NCBI GenBank assembly: GCA_965200245.1
Contig: CBDATS010000004.1
Location: 544,001 to 608,000, forward strand
Length of the DNA: 64,000 nt
Source: a bacterium
GTDB lineage: Bacteria; UBA8248
Direction of reading: 5' to 3'
Under the pieces are notes generated by a model that saw only the letters and a program-made list of their open reading frames with translations, was not told the DNA's origin and made no database searches. The position numbers and the translations under genes were made by a program. This document shows, in pieces, positions 39,573 to 49,730 of the stretch (position 1 is its first letter; every line of letters starts with the position of its first letter).

Positions 39573-40748
39573 CTAGAGATGCTTGATGACCTTGATGCGC
39601 TGTACTGCATCGCCTGCGAGATGCGTCCAGATGAGCGCATCGCGGACGAGTTTTTCCACGCCCTCATCCTTCATCACGCCCGCACCGCCGTGAATGTCCA
39701 TGTTCAGTTGGGTGACGCGCTGGATAACGTCAGTGGCGAAGTTCATGAGCAGGATGTTGTGTTTCATTTCGCGGTCGGCGCCCTTTTCAAGATCACATGC
39801 GGTACGCATGACGTAGGAACGAAGCGCCTCGGTCAACATGTGCATCTCCGAGAGTTTGAGCTGAATCGCCTGGTGCTCGATGATGTATTTGCCGCCCTGC
39901 CAACGCGTCCTGGCGTGGCACATCGCCATGTCGACCGCCGCCTGACAGACGCCCAGGCCGTTCGCGGAGAGTTCGAGGTCACCGAATTCCGACGTATCGC
40001 CCTTTCTCGCCTGAACGCCGCGGTTCACCTCGCCCACCACGTTGTCGTGCGGCACGCGGGCGTTCTCGAAAATGAGTTCCGCGTTCTGGTAGAACCTCCA
40101 GCCCATCTTGTCGTACACTTTCCCTACCCGAAAACCCGGTGTGTCCGTCGGCACGAGAAATATCGTGGTACCCTGCGTGATGGGGGCTTCGGGGTCGGTT
40201 CTCCCGTCGATGAAAAAGAGCTTGGCCACGCTCCCGTTCGCAATGTAGCGTTTGCTGCCGTTCAACACCCACTCATCTCCGTCGCGCACCGCCTGGAGTT
40301 TCCATCCTGTCCGGGGGTCATCAGAGGGCATGCGATTGTCCGAGCCTGCAGATTCCTCGGTTCCACCCTTCCCGAGAAGATAGGTGTCGTCCTCCAGAAA
40401 AGGTTTCAGGAATCTGTCTTTTTGATCCTCCGTGCAGGAGGCGGCTATCAAGTGGCTCCACTTCCAGCATTGACTGAAAGTCTTGGAAATCGCGCTGTCG
40501 CCACGCGCGATTTCCTCCATCACCAGCGCCTGGGTGACAAAATCGATGCCGTGGCCTCCACGTTCCCTGGGTACGACGGCGGTGCGAAAACCGAGTCTGG
40601 AACCCTTCCTGATGATCTCCCAGTCGAATGTCTCACGCGGGTCGGGAATCAGGTCCCGCTCAAGGGATATGGGCGCGACTTCTTCTTCTGCGAATTTCCT
40701 CGCCTTGTTACGCCACGCTTTCTGTTCTTCGTTCAATTCAAAGTCCAT
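39573..40748 (-). CDS. Acyl-CoA dehydrogenase family protein
   Basis: TEESAGSD, WVLNGSKRYIANG, KMGWR, HQAIQLKL, IHGGAG. Confidence 0.9.
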   Translation of the reverse strand: MDFELNEEQKAWRNKARKFAEEEVAPISLERDLIPDPRETFDWEIIRKGSRLGFRTAVVPRERGGHGIDFVTQALVMEEIARGDSAISKTFSQCWKWSHLIAASCTEDQKDRFLKPFLEDDTYLLGKGGTEESAGSDNRMPSDDPRTGWKLQAVRDGDEWVLNGSKRYIANGSVAKLFFIDGRTDPEAPITQGTTIFLVPTDTPGFRVGKVYDKMGWRFYQNAELIFENARVPHDNVVGEVNRGVQARKGDTSEFGDLELSANGLGVCQAAVDMAMCHARTRWQGGKYIIEHQAIQLKLSEMHMLTEALRSYVMRTACDLEKGADREMKHNILLMNFATDVIQRVTQLNMDIHGGAGVMKDEGVEKLVRDALIWTHLAGDAVQRIKVIKHL

Positions 40749-41968
40749 ACAGGTTTGCCCTCATCGGTAAAAGTAAAAACAGACTCTGCTCCAGGTAAAC
40801 AGATATTTCGTGAAATTCCGGGAACCTGAACGGAGACTCCCTGGCTCAGGGACAAAAACGCCTCATCCTCATCGCGTACGAGATCGAGGTCCCTCTCCAT
40901 CTCGCGCACGATAGGAATCACGTGCCTGCCCACGGTCTCGCATTCCTCGTGCAGGGGGAAGCCCGAGAGTATAAGCAGGTCGATTCCAGCCTGTTCGATC
41001 TCGATGATCTTCTGCGCACACTGCTCATAGGAGCCCACGATGGCGACGGCCGAACCCGAACGAATCCGGCCCATGCCCGCCCAGAGGTTCGGACCCACCA
41101 TCTCCTCGCGCGTGCGGGCCTGTTGATCCTTCGTACCTTTGCTCTCAAACGAGGAGATGATCTTCCCTCGATGCGCCAGCACCTCGGGGTCGACCCGGCT
41201 CATCACCTCTTCGGCTGCATTGAAGGCTTCCTCCTCGGTTTCGCGCGCGAATATCTGAAAGCGCGTCACATATTTCAGCGGACGTGTACGCCCTGCCCGC
41301 TCGCATTTTTCGTTCATGTTCCGGACGCGCTCGGCCACCTGTTCGGGAGTCTCTCCCCAAAAGACCGAATATTCCGCCCGCCGGATCGCGATGTCCTGCG
41401 CAATCTCCGAAGCACCCGCCATGAAGAAGGGAATCCTCGGCTTTTGTGCGGGACGAGGATACACAGTGGCGTCTTTCAGGTTGTAGAACCTGCCCTCGAA
41501 AGAGAATTTGTCTTTCGTCCAGAGACCCTCCAGGATTTCGAGGTATTCATCCGTACGCTCATAGCGCGTATCGTGATCCAGCACCTCCCCATAGCTTGCG
41601 AGCGCGCCACCACCTGTCACGATGTTATAGAGAATTCTCCCACTCGTGAGTTCATCGAGCGAAGCCATCATTCGCGCGCAAATCGCCGGGTCGATGATGC
41701 CCACCCGCACGGCCAGCAGGAGCTTGATCGTCCTGGTCGCCGGACCAATGACCGCGGCGTTCACCATGCTGTCCCAAGTGGGCGCCTGCGGGCCGTAGTG
41801 GCCGCTCACCTGTGATGTCGGTACCAGAATGGTGGTGAAGCCGCTATGTTCCGCGTTTTGCGCGATTCGTGTAAAAGTCTCATAACTCGGGGGGTGTTGG
41901 GCGAATTTCTGGCCGATGTAGGCGCTGTCGCCGTCACACGACATGTACCAAGCAAGTTCAATTGCCAT
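40733..41968 (-). CDS. LLM-class flavin-dependent monooxygenase (SsuD-like)
   Basis: AEHSGFTTILVPT, LLAVR, LTSGRILYNIVTG, DHDTRYERTDEY, VGPNLWAG, LILSGFP. Confidence 0.88.
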   Translation of the reverse strand: MAIELAWYMSCDGDSAYIGQKFAQHPPSYETFTRIAQNAEHSGFTTILVPTSQVSGHYGPQAPTWDSMVNAAVIGPATRTIKLLLAVRVGIIDPAICARMMASLDELTSGRILYNIVTGGGALASYGEVLDHDTRYERTDEYLEILEGLWTKDKFSFEGRFYNLKDATVYPRPAQKPRIPFFMAGASEIAQDIAIRRAEYSVFWGETPEQVAERVRNMNEKCERAGRTRPLKYVTRFQIFARETEEEAFNAAEEVMSRVDPEVLAHRGKIISSFESKGTKDQQARTREEMVGPNLWAGMGRIRSGSAVAIVGSYEQCAQKIIEIEQAGIDLLILSGFPLHEECETVGRHVIPIVREMERDLDLVRDEDEAFLSLSQGVSVQVPGISRNICLPGAESVFTFTDEGKPVWTLN

Positions 41969-42067
41969 GAGACCGTCTCCGCGTGTATTTCCTGTCCTGA
42001 ATGAGGAGTCAGTATATCTCTTGAGAAGGCTTTCCGTCACTTGAGTTCGGAGATTCGCGCGGGAAAC

Positions 42068-42928
42068 TCACTTTTCCAGAAACGCGCTGATCTGCCGCTT
42101 GTAATCTGTGTCGTTCATGTATTTTTTCATGAAATCGCCTGTGGGAACGTTTTCCAGGTCTTCGGGCTGCACGCCGTCTCGAAAAGCCTTCAAGACCGAA
42201 TATGCCGCATGGGCCGCTGCCATGATAGGCTGATGGCCCTGGAGCGCAACACGCACGCCCAGACTCGCGAGATAATCCAGCCCCCGCACTTCCTTCGCGC
42301 TCCCACCCAGAATGATGGGCAGACTCACCTCCGCCACGATGGTTTCCAGTTGCGCGCGGCTTTGAACGCCTACCAGGAAGATGGCGTCCACCCCCGCCGC
42401 CTCATACGCCGTGACGCGTGCGATGGCATCCTCGGTGTTCGTGACGCGCGGCGCGCTCGTTCTGCCCGCGATGACGAGATTCGGGTCCTGACGTCCCTCG
42501 AGTGCTGCGTGCATCTTGCCCATGCCTTCTTCGATCGAAGTGAGCTTTGCTCCATCAGCCCCATAGGGCTGGGGCAGCAACGTGTCCTCTATCGAGAGGC
42601 CTGCCACCCCTGCGGTTTCGAGTTCCTCAACGGTCCTCTTTACGTTCAGTGCGTTTCCGTAGCCATGATCCGCATCTACCAGCAGGGGTACCTCCATCGC
42701 GCGGTTGATGCGCAGTGCCTGCGCGGCAAATTCGGTGAGGGTGAGCAAGATGATGTCGGGCGCGCCCAGTACGGTGAGCGAGGCGGTGGAGCCTGCAAAC
42801 ATCCCGACCTCGAAGCCCAGATCTTTCGCCATGCGGGCCGTGAGCGGGTCGTAGACCGAACCGGGATGCACACATCGCTCACCCGAAAGCACGGCACGGA
42901 ATTTCTCTCGTCTGGGTGTCCAGTTCAT
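42068..42928 (-). CDS. Isocitrate lyase/PEP mutase family (oxaloacetate decarboxylase-like)
   Basis: GMFAGS, VDADHGYGNALNVKRTV, IEDTLLP. Confidence 0.88.
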   Translation of the reverse strand: MNWTPRREKFRAVLSGERCVHPGSVYDPLTARMAKDLGFEVGMFAGSTASLTVLGAPDIILLTLTEFAAQALRINRAMEVPLLVDADHGYGNALNVKRTVEELETAGVAGLSIEDTLLPQPYGADGAKLTSIEEGMGKMHAALEGRQDPNLVIAGRTSAPRVTNTEDAIARVTAYEAAGVDAIFLVGVQSRAQLETIVAEVSLPIILGGSAKEVRGLDYLASLGVRVALQGHQPIMAAAHAAYSVLKAFRDGVQPEDLENVPTGDFMKKYMNDTDYKRQISAFLEK

Positions 42929-42964
42929 TTCAGGGAAATCTCCTGCACAGGGGTGGAAACTGGT

Positions 42965-43357
42965 TTATATGACCTCGCGGCCGCCGTCGGAATAGGTGAT
43001 CCGCATCGTCACGCAGCCTTCGTTCATCAGCCAGGGGCGTATGGTGAACGTGCGCGCACCACTCGCGTGCATGGGATCTGATTCCGCGATCTTTCTCGCC
43101 TCCGACAGAGATTCGGCGCGAACAATGATCATACCCTCCCCCTCCCAGCGTTGCTCATCCTCTGTCCAGAAAGGCCCCGCGCCGAACATGATGCCCTTTT
43201 GTTCGAGTTCGACCTAGAATTTCAGATGATCTTCCAAGTTTTCCATGACAGGTCCCAGTCCATTCGCAGGTTTCGTGAAATAGACGTACATCTGTTTTTG
43301 CAGACATCCGGCGCTGGCGTTCAGGACGTCTTGCGCACTGATTTGAGGTTCACTCAT
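42965..43357 (-). pseudogene. YciI family protein interrupted by TAG (43214-43216)
   Basis: Single frame ...LEDHLKF*VELEQKGIMFGAGP...GMIIVRAES..EA...DPMH; probably CAG to TAG. Confidence 0.75.
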
Positions 43358-43489
43358 GGTTCGCTCCTGTATAAGGAATGATGGTGTGATTTCAAGAGGG
43401 GCCACTATAGCATCTTTTTTCGCAGCAACCATCGTCTCCCGACTCTCCTTCGAGTCGATTCCGGGAAATTGACATGCTTCGTCAAGTGC

Positions 43490-43800
43490 GCGGGTTTACA
43501 CCCTCCTCCTGGCACACCGTGCCGCCTGCGGCGATGGCCGCACTTCGCAGGATGAAGTTCTTGACGGGTTCTTCGGGCGTGGGAACGAAGGGAGTTTCAT
43601 TGAGGCAGGCCTCGGGCAGGAAAAACAGCGGCAGAACCATCCCCGCGATCTGCAGAAAAGCAGGAACAAAGCAAATCGGATGAGTAGGCAGAAGGGCAAC
43701 TCCAGCCCTGGCGCCACCTCCCGCCAGTCGATCAGGGAGATGAAAAAAGGCGGCAGCCGATAGATCGTACGGCGCACGAACCCGGTCCTTGACGCTTGAT
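43490..43800 (-). pseudogene. Degraded DoxX-like membrane protein fragment
   Basis: Frames give FISLIDWREVAPG and FLQIAGMVLPLFFLPEAC..TPFVPTPE..VKNFIL.SAAIAAGGTV. Confidence 0.45.
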
Positions 43801-44218
43801 CCGGAGGGTTTCAGTGCCCCGAACCAAGGTAAAGACTACGGCGAGTGAGATTCTCGGGAACAACCGGACATAACGGTTCATTCAGTCCGAGGCGTGACGA
43901 CCGATTTGGTCGATGCATGGGGTCAAGGGGAATTCCGTCCCTGTGACTGGTGTTGGCAAGCAACATCTTCCCTGAAAATAGCCGTTTATGGAGAAGGGTG
44001 GAATTGCCCGTAGCCTCGAAATCACCCAAGAGCGTTTCTCCCACTGTTTCTCAGCGAAACCCGAGCAGAGAAATGCAAAAAACCACAAATCCCCAAATTG
44101 AAAAACGTGCAACATTCACGCATAATTTCCTCACATTCAATTCATGCGGAAAACCGAAAAGTGTGGACTCCTCCGTTTCGGGAGCCGTGGGACTCATTCT
44201 CAAACTCAGGAGGCGTGT

Positions 44219-45946
44219 ATGATTATCGAACGTGACCTGCCCGTCGAGATGGATGACGGAGTTGTGCTCAGGGTTGACGTATTCCGGCCCGACACCAAGG
44301 AGAAAGTGCCCGTCGTAATGGCCGGGGGCCCCTACGGCAAGGGCGTCAAGTATCAGGAACACTACAAGCCGCTCTGGGATTCGCTAGTGAAGATGCATCC
44401 CGATATCCTCCAGGGTTCACAGCACCGCTGGCTCACCTGGGAGACGGTGGACCCCGAGATATGGGTACCCTGGGGCTATGCCTGCGTAAGGCTTGATTCA
44501 CGTGGAGCGGGGCGTTCGCCCGGCTATCTCGATATCTTCTCCCCTCGCGAGACCAGGGACTTCGCAATCGCCATCGAGTGGGCGGGACAGCAGAAATGGT
44601 CGACCGGCAAAGTGGGCCTGAACGGTGTTTCATACTACGCCATCAACCAGTGGCAGGTTGCGGCACTTCAGCCCAAGCATCTGACGGCCATGATCCCCTG
44701 GGAGGGGGCGGCCGACCACTATCGCGACTGGGCGCGCCATGGGGGCATTCTCTCCAACAAATTCATGGAAATCTGGTATCCGCGTCAGGTGGAAGCAGTG
44801 CAACACGGAAACCCCGAAGGCCCGCGTGACCACTGGATGGAAACGCGCTCTACGGGTCCGGCAACGCTCTCGGAGGAAGAGCTCAAGGAAAATCGCGCCG
44901 ATACTCTCGCGAACTTCCTCGCGCGCGAGATGGACGACGACTGGTACCGTTCCCGCTCGCCCGATTGGTCAAAGGTGAAGGTTCCCTTCCTGAGCGCGGG
45001 TAGCTGGGCAGGCTTCGGCCTCCATCCGCGCGGCAATTTCGAGGCTTTCACACAAGCGGCGTCCGAGGAGAAGTGGCTCGAAGGTCATCCGGGCAGGCAC
45101 GAAGAGTGGTTCTACCTCGAATATGGCATGCAGCTTCAGAAGCGCTTTTTCGACTATTATCTCAAGGACGAACAGAACGGATGGGAGAAAGAGCCGCGCG
45201 TGTGGCTGAATCTCCGTCGTCCGTTCACCGACGAAGTGGAACTGCGCAAGGAACACGAATGGCCGCTCAAAGGCACCGACTGGACGAAGCTCTACCTCCA
45301 CGCGGGCGACAAGGGCAAGCTCGACTGGGACCCGCCCAAGGCGGAGTGCTCGGAGACCTTCGAGGCACTCACGCGCGGCATCACACTCAGGACGCCGCCA
45401 CTCGAGGAAGAGACCGAGATCACCGGCCCGATGGCAGCCAAGCTGTTCATCTCCTCATCCACGGTGGATGCGGACCTGTTCGTCACCGTGCAGGCGTTCT
45501 CGCCCAGTGGCAGTGAGGTCTACTTCCAGGGCACGGTTGACCCCAAGACGCCGCTTGCCCAAGGCTGGTTGCGTGCCTCGCACCGAAAGCTCGACGAGGA
45601 GAAATCCGAACCTTGGCGTCCCTATCACACGCACGACGACAAGCAGCCACTCATGCCGGACAGGGTTTACGAACTCGACGTGGAAATCTGGCCCCAGTGC
45701 ATAGTGCTGCCCAAGGGCTTTCAACTCTCCATCAACATCGCCGGGCAGGATTTCGACCGGCCTGGACCTGCGGTGGATGCCTACGTGCCCTCACGCGGCT
45801 CGGGTCCTTTCCTGCACGATCATCCCGTCGATCGCTCAAAGGAAGTCTTCGGAGGGCGCACCACGCTGCACACGGGACCGGAACATCAATCCTATCTACT
45901 TGTTCCGATCATCCCCACGGAACGCCCGGGTGCGGTTGCGAAGTAG
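44219..45946 (+). CDS. CocE/NonD family hydrolase (peptidase S15)
   Basis: PYGKG, WETVDP, DSRGAGRS, nucleophile elbow GVSYYA, PWEG, GWLRASHR; AGGAGG RBS. Confidence 0.92.
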   Translation: MIIERDLPVEMDDGVVLRVDVFRPDTKEKVPVVMAGGPYGKGVKYQEHYKPLWDSLVKMHPDILQGSQHRWLTWETVDPEIWVPWGYACVRLDSRGAGRSPGYLDIFSPRETRDFAIAIEWAGQQKWSTGKVGLNGVSYYAINQWQVAALQPKHLTAMIPWEGAADHYRDWARHGGILSNKFMEIWYPRQVEAVQHGNPEGPRDHWMETRSTGPATLSEEELKENRADTLANFLAREMDDDWYRSRSPDWSKVKVPFLSAGSWAGFGLHPRGNFEAFTQAASEEKWLEGHPGRHEEWFYLEYGMQLQKRFFDYYLKDEQNGWEKEPRVWLNLRRPFTDEVELRKEHEWPLKGTDWTKLYLHAGDKGKLDWDPPKAECSETFEALTRGITLRTPPLEEETEITGPMAAKLFISSSTVDADLFVTVQAFSPSGSEVYFQGTVDPKTPLAQGWLRASHRKLDEEKSEPWRPYHTHDDKQPLMPDRVYELDVEIWPQCIVLPKGFQLSINIAGQDFDRPGPAVDAYVPSRGSGPFLHDHPVDRSKEVFGGRTTLHTGPEHQSYLLVPIIPTERPGAVAK

Positions 45947-46069
45947 ATTCCGTGGGACTGAGTGATAGAGAAAGGGGGCATCAGGCCAGGGGTTCAACTC
46001 CCTTGGTCTGGTGTTTCCAGTAATGTAGCGGAGGCTGAACGCTTCCGTCTCTTCTTTGGTTCCTTCTTC

Positions 46070-46369
46070 TCAGGTAGCCGTTGCGCACGAGCGCACGGCG
46101 ACCCTGCGTGTCGCGCGCGACCGGGTGCTCCTCGAGGAAGTCCCTCAGTTCCGCCTCCACCGCCTGGCGGATGATGTGTTGCGCGCCCGCGCGCAACAGT
46201 TCGCTCAGTTCGTCCCGAAAGGCTGGATTCACGAAGGGAATCGTCATATCTTCCTGCATGGTGGTGCATCTCCTCCTTGCTGAATGACCGGGCTTCCAAC
46301 AACCCCATTTCAGCAGGAATGCGCCGCCTTCTTCAATTCAGCTCCATACACCAGATCCGACAGTAACTC
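46070..46369 (-). mobile_element. IS256-family remnant (left end plus transposase N-terminus)
   Basis: DELSELLRAGAQHIIRQAVEAELRDFL...GRRALVRNGYL then abrupt loss of similarity; IR-like end GAGTTACTGTCGGATCTGGTGTAT at 46369. Confidence 0.8.
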
Positions 46370-46414
46370 CAAAACCCTCTGTGATTTCTTTACCCACAGC
46401 GGAATGAAGGAGCC

Positions 46415-47014
46415 ATGGCGCGAAGAGGATTAAAGACCCCAAAATCCGACACCGGAGCCGTGACAGGCCATGAACGCGAACTTTGGCAGATGGCCGACAC
46501 CCCGTGCGGATCGATGGATGCCGCGGAATACAAGCATGTCGTCCTGGGTCTGCTTTTCCTCAAGTACATCTCCGACGCTTTCGAGGAACACCATGCCTCG
46601 GTTCTGGCCGAATGGGGCGCGGAGGCTGCCGAGGACCGGGACGAGTATCTCGCCGAGAACATCTTCTGGGTCCCGCCGGATGCCCGCTGGAGCCATCTCA
46701 GGACCCGGGCGCGGGAGCCTGTCATCGGCCGGATCGTCGATGACGCCATGGCGGCCATCGAGCGCGACAATCCGGCGCTCAGGGATGTGCTGCCCAGGGA
46801 CTACGCCCGTCCGGTGCTCGACAGGGTGCGGCTCGGCCAGCTCATCGACATGATCGGCAACATCCGGGTGGGTGATGCGGATGCGCGATCACGGGACGTT
46901 CTGGGCCGCGTCTACGAATATTTCCTGTCGCAGTTCGCAAGTGCAGAGAGGTTCAGTTTGTTTTGGTTTTTGGGGTTGGTTTGCGGCTCTTGCCGCGTTG
47001 GTCAGGATCCTTGA
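46415..47014 (+). pseudogene. hsdM: Type I R-M methyltransferase, N-terminal fragment only
   Basis: [54 protein letters not shown]; similarity ends at ~46950 before the SAM motifs. Confidence 0.85.
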
Positions 47015-47309
47015 GCGGCGATGCGTTGGAACACGCCCGCGAGCATCGGCTGGTTTGCCGCTCCTCCTTCGTAAATGCGGACCGGCTGCAGACACCGCCC
47101 GCCCGCATGGGCGTTGAAAAAGGACAACCGTTGACCACCACAGGTGCGGTCGATTGTGTCGTCAATGTCCAGCACAGAATTTGGGGGAACGCAGAAAAAT
47201 TTCTTGCGTTTCCACCGGAATGTCCCGTATCCTGTTCATGATGCAAAAGAAAAACGAAAGCAGCGTGGGTGTCAACCCATACCCATTTCTCTCGGGAAAG
47301 GAGACCAGG

Positions 47310-47573
47310 ATGAAATCTGCTACAGAGATGCGGCAGCAGCTGAGTGAGAAGGCAGGCACGGACGAGGCGTTCCGGCAGAAACTGCTCGACGACCCGCGCG
47401 GCACGATCGAAAGCGAGTTCGATGTCGCCCTGCCGGCCGGTTTTTCGGTTTCGGTGCTCGAGGTCGCTGTCGGGGATCATGCGCATCTGGTGATCCCGCC
47501 CTCGTCGCTGATCCCCGACAGCGACCTCGAGAGCGTCAGCGGCGGCGGCGACCCGTGGTATTGGCGGGATTGA
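47310..47573 (+). CDS. NHLP-family RiPP precursor, intact, core GDPWYWRD
   Basis: AAGGAG RBS; MKSATEMRQQLSEKAGTDEAFRQKLLDDPRGTIE...HLVIPP...DSDLESVSGG|GDPWYWRD. Confidence 0.85.
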   Translation: MKSATEMRQQLSEKAGTDEAFRQKLLDDPRGTIESEFDVALPAGFSVSVLEVAVGDHAHLVIPPSSLIPDSDLESVSGGGDPWYWRD

Positions 47574-47803
47574 TGAATGGAGATCTGTTGTTGACGGACA
47601 GTTTTTCGCTGGGCTGGTTTCTGGACGCGCTCCGGCCGGAGATTCCGCAGTCGCTTCTGTCGGGTTCCAGTCTGGAGCGTGTTCTCGTGTGCGCCTCCGC
47701 ATTGCCGCTGGCGGCGGCGGGCAACAAGCATTTGTCGTTATTGACACTGCAAATAGAGAAAATGAGGGACATGCCAGTATTTACACAAAAAATCCTGAAA
47801 TAG
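47573..47803 (+). pseudogene. Short ORF coupled to the NHLP gene, probably the truncated N-terminus of a partner protein
   Basis: TGATG stop/start overlap; GC-rich coding-like sequence to ~47725, then abrupt AT-rich DNA. Confidence 0.45.
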
Positions 47804-48663
47804 GAGAAGGTGGAACTAGGAAATTGAGAAACTTGCTCCTCCCGTTGCTACAAAACAGGATGGCTTTAGACGAAGCATTTCATCACTTTTCGATTTCAAA
47901 GTGAAACTCTGCCAAATTTTCAAGTTTCCCGAGCCCCCCGTCATTTCGATATGTCAGGCTACGCCATAAATCTTTTTTGAGTGGAATTTTTTCCGGCTCA
48001 ACTTGTAGCAATACTTTGACAAGATCGGGGAAATGGCCTGTTTCCGGCTGTTTGCGGGAGTGGGTCAGTTTTTATGAGGAAACCATTGGAGATACGCATA
48101 TAGCATGCACTTGGCTTCATTCTCGTTATAAGAATACAGAACCCACAAATTATCAGTCTCTGCGAGATTATTTCCATGAAAAACATCAGAGTTACTTTGT
48201 GGGTTCCCTCTTGTCGCGTGGTCTTCCATCTGCTGGGGAATGAGACAAACTCCATTCGGCTCCTCGCCATTGTTCACTGAATCTGTTGTTTTCTCATTAC
48301 GCCTTATCTATGGATTCCTCGGCGCAACGAGCCAAAGCGACGGTGCGATATTGCGGGAACCAGGAATTAGACATTTTCGATTTTTCAACTACTTTACTTG
48401 CCCATATCTTGACCTCTTCCGCTATCTCCTCCTTTTCAGAAACCAACGTGGCACACATGGGAATTTCTTCTCCCTCAGTTGCCATTTCCCAGATTCTGTC
48501 GTGAGTGATTTCGCGGATACCTGTGGCTAATCTACGTTCACTCTCAGAAAGCAGGCTGATGTCTGGTCAGTCTTCTGTAAACAGAACCGCCATATGAGAA
48601 TTATTTCCGTTATCGAATCCGGGACGAAGCATATGTGTTTGCAACACCTGATCAAATTCTTAC

Positions 48664-49422
48664 TCATTTCTTGACAAAATACACTTTTTCCTTGTCGTCC
48701 CAGAGTTCGCACCACTTCCGTGCGCGCTCCTCTATCTCAGTATCACTGTTCACAATAAAGAACGTCCTGGGCGACACATACCGCCATCTAACCGCACAGC
48801 TATTGGAACCAAGCCGTCTCAGCCAGCACTTGACCTCCTCGCAATGCCCGCCCTTTCGGCGTGTGTTGTGGTGGTAGATAACGACGGGTCGCGGCTGCCC
48901 GTTATTTTTCCACAAGCATTTCACTTCGCATTCCGAGATACTTTTTCCGTGCTTTTTTTGACCGGGTCTGAAATTACACTTTTCTTTCAAACCGTTATCG
49001 GGGTCGGCGAATACCAAGTCACATTCGTTCAAGTCCTCCAGAACACGCTTGAACCAAGCGTGTCTCCAGTCTGCTTGTTCGCCTCGACTACAGCCAGCGA
49101 AGGACAACCTGCAACCGGAAAACACGGCATTCTTAAGAATACCGGATTTTTCGATTTCCTTAACGGAACGTCTCTCCTCTATAATTTCCTTGACGGAACA
49201 TTTCTTCTCTACAATTAAAATTTGCCGAAGTTCATCGAATGTCTTGGGGTCGGAATCTCGCAACCTCTCATCACGCAAATACTCCGTATGTTTCCCGTCT
49301 TCCGTCTTTTTCTCATCGGGGAAAAGATACTAGGCTACGCCGAGTTTCTTTCCGCAGGACAGCGCGCGGAGGAGGCTGTATTTGGCGTAGTCCCCGATGT
49401 CTCCCGTATACCTGTCCTGCAC
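48664..49422 (-). pseudogene. Conserved hypothetical protein (MQDRYxGDIGD...DPDNG, MTase-like) with internal TAG
   Basis: GTG 49422: MQDRYTGDIGDYAKYSLLRAL...LGVA*YLFPDE, in frame with ORF 48664-49278 (LVFADPDNG); TAG 49330-49332. Confidence 0.65.
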
Positions 49423-49567
49423 CTGGATTCTCCAGTTCAGTGTTCAAGACGTCACGCCACCAAGTCCCGGTAGCACAGACGCCAGCCGATTATGTCCTGC
49501 GCCATGTATGCTATCAGGTTGATGGTGTCGGCTTCAGATGTTGGATTCGCTTTTTCTATTCGTTCTT

Positions 49568-49643
49568 TGGTGGGCGGGAGAGGGCTCGAACCTCCGACCT
49601 ATGCCTTGTAAGGGCACCGCTCTGCCAGCTGAGCTACCCGCCC
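49568..49643 (-). tRNA. tRNA-Val(TAC)
   Basis: GGGCGGGTAGCTCAGCTGGCAGAGC-GGTGCC-CTTACAA-GGCAT-AGGTC-GGAGGTTCGAGCCCTC-TCCCGCCCA-CCA cloverleaf, 76 nt. Confidence 0.97.
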
Positions 49644-49730
49644 AAATAAGGAAACGGCGAATGGAGAATAGCATCTTGGGGGCCAGGCGACCATCCCCGG
49701 AGGTGATGAGAACCTGGTCCCATCAACCAG

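Noticed and set aside
40733-40900. C-terminal extension of the LLM monooxygenase overlapping the ACAD start
   Set aside because: Looks like read-through of intergenic DNA after a lost stop; no domain evidence
7710-49332. Several in-frame TGA/TAG codons suggesting an alternative genetic code or pyrrolysine
   Set aside because: TGA and TAG end many intact genes here. The internal stops fall at different expected residues (Trp, Gln), often in genes with other lesions. Only the TGA at 23127 sits at a catalytic Cys with a hairpin.
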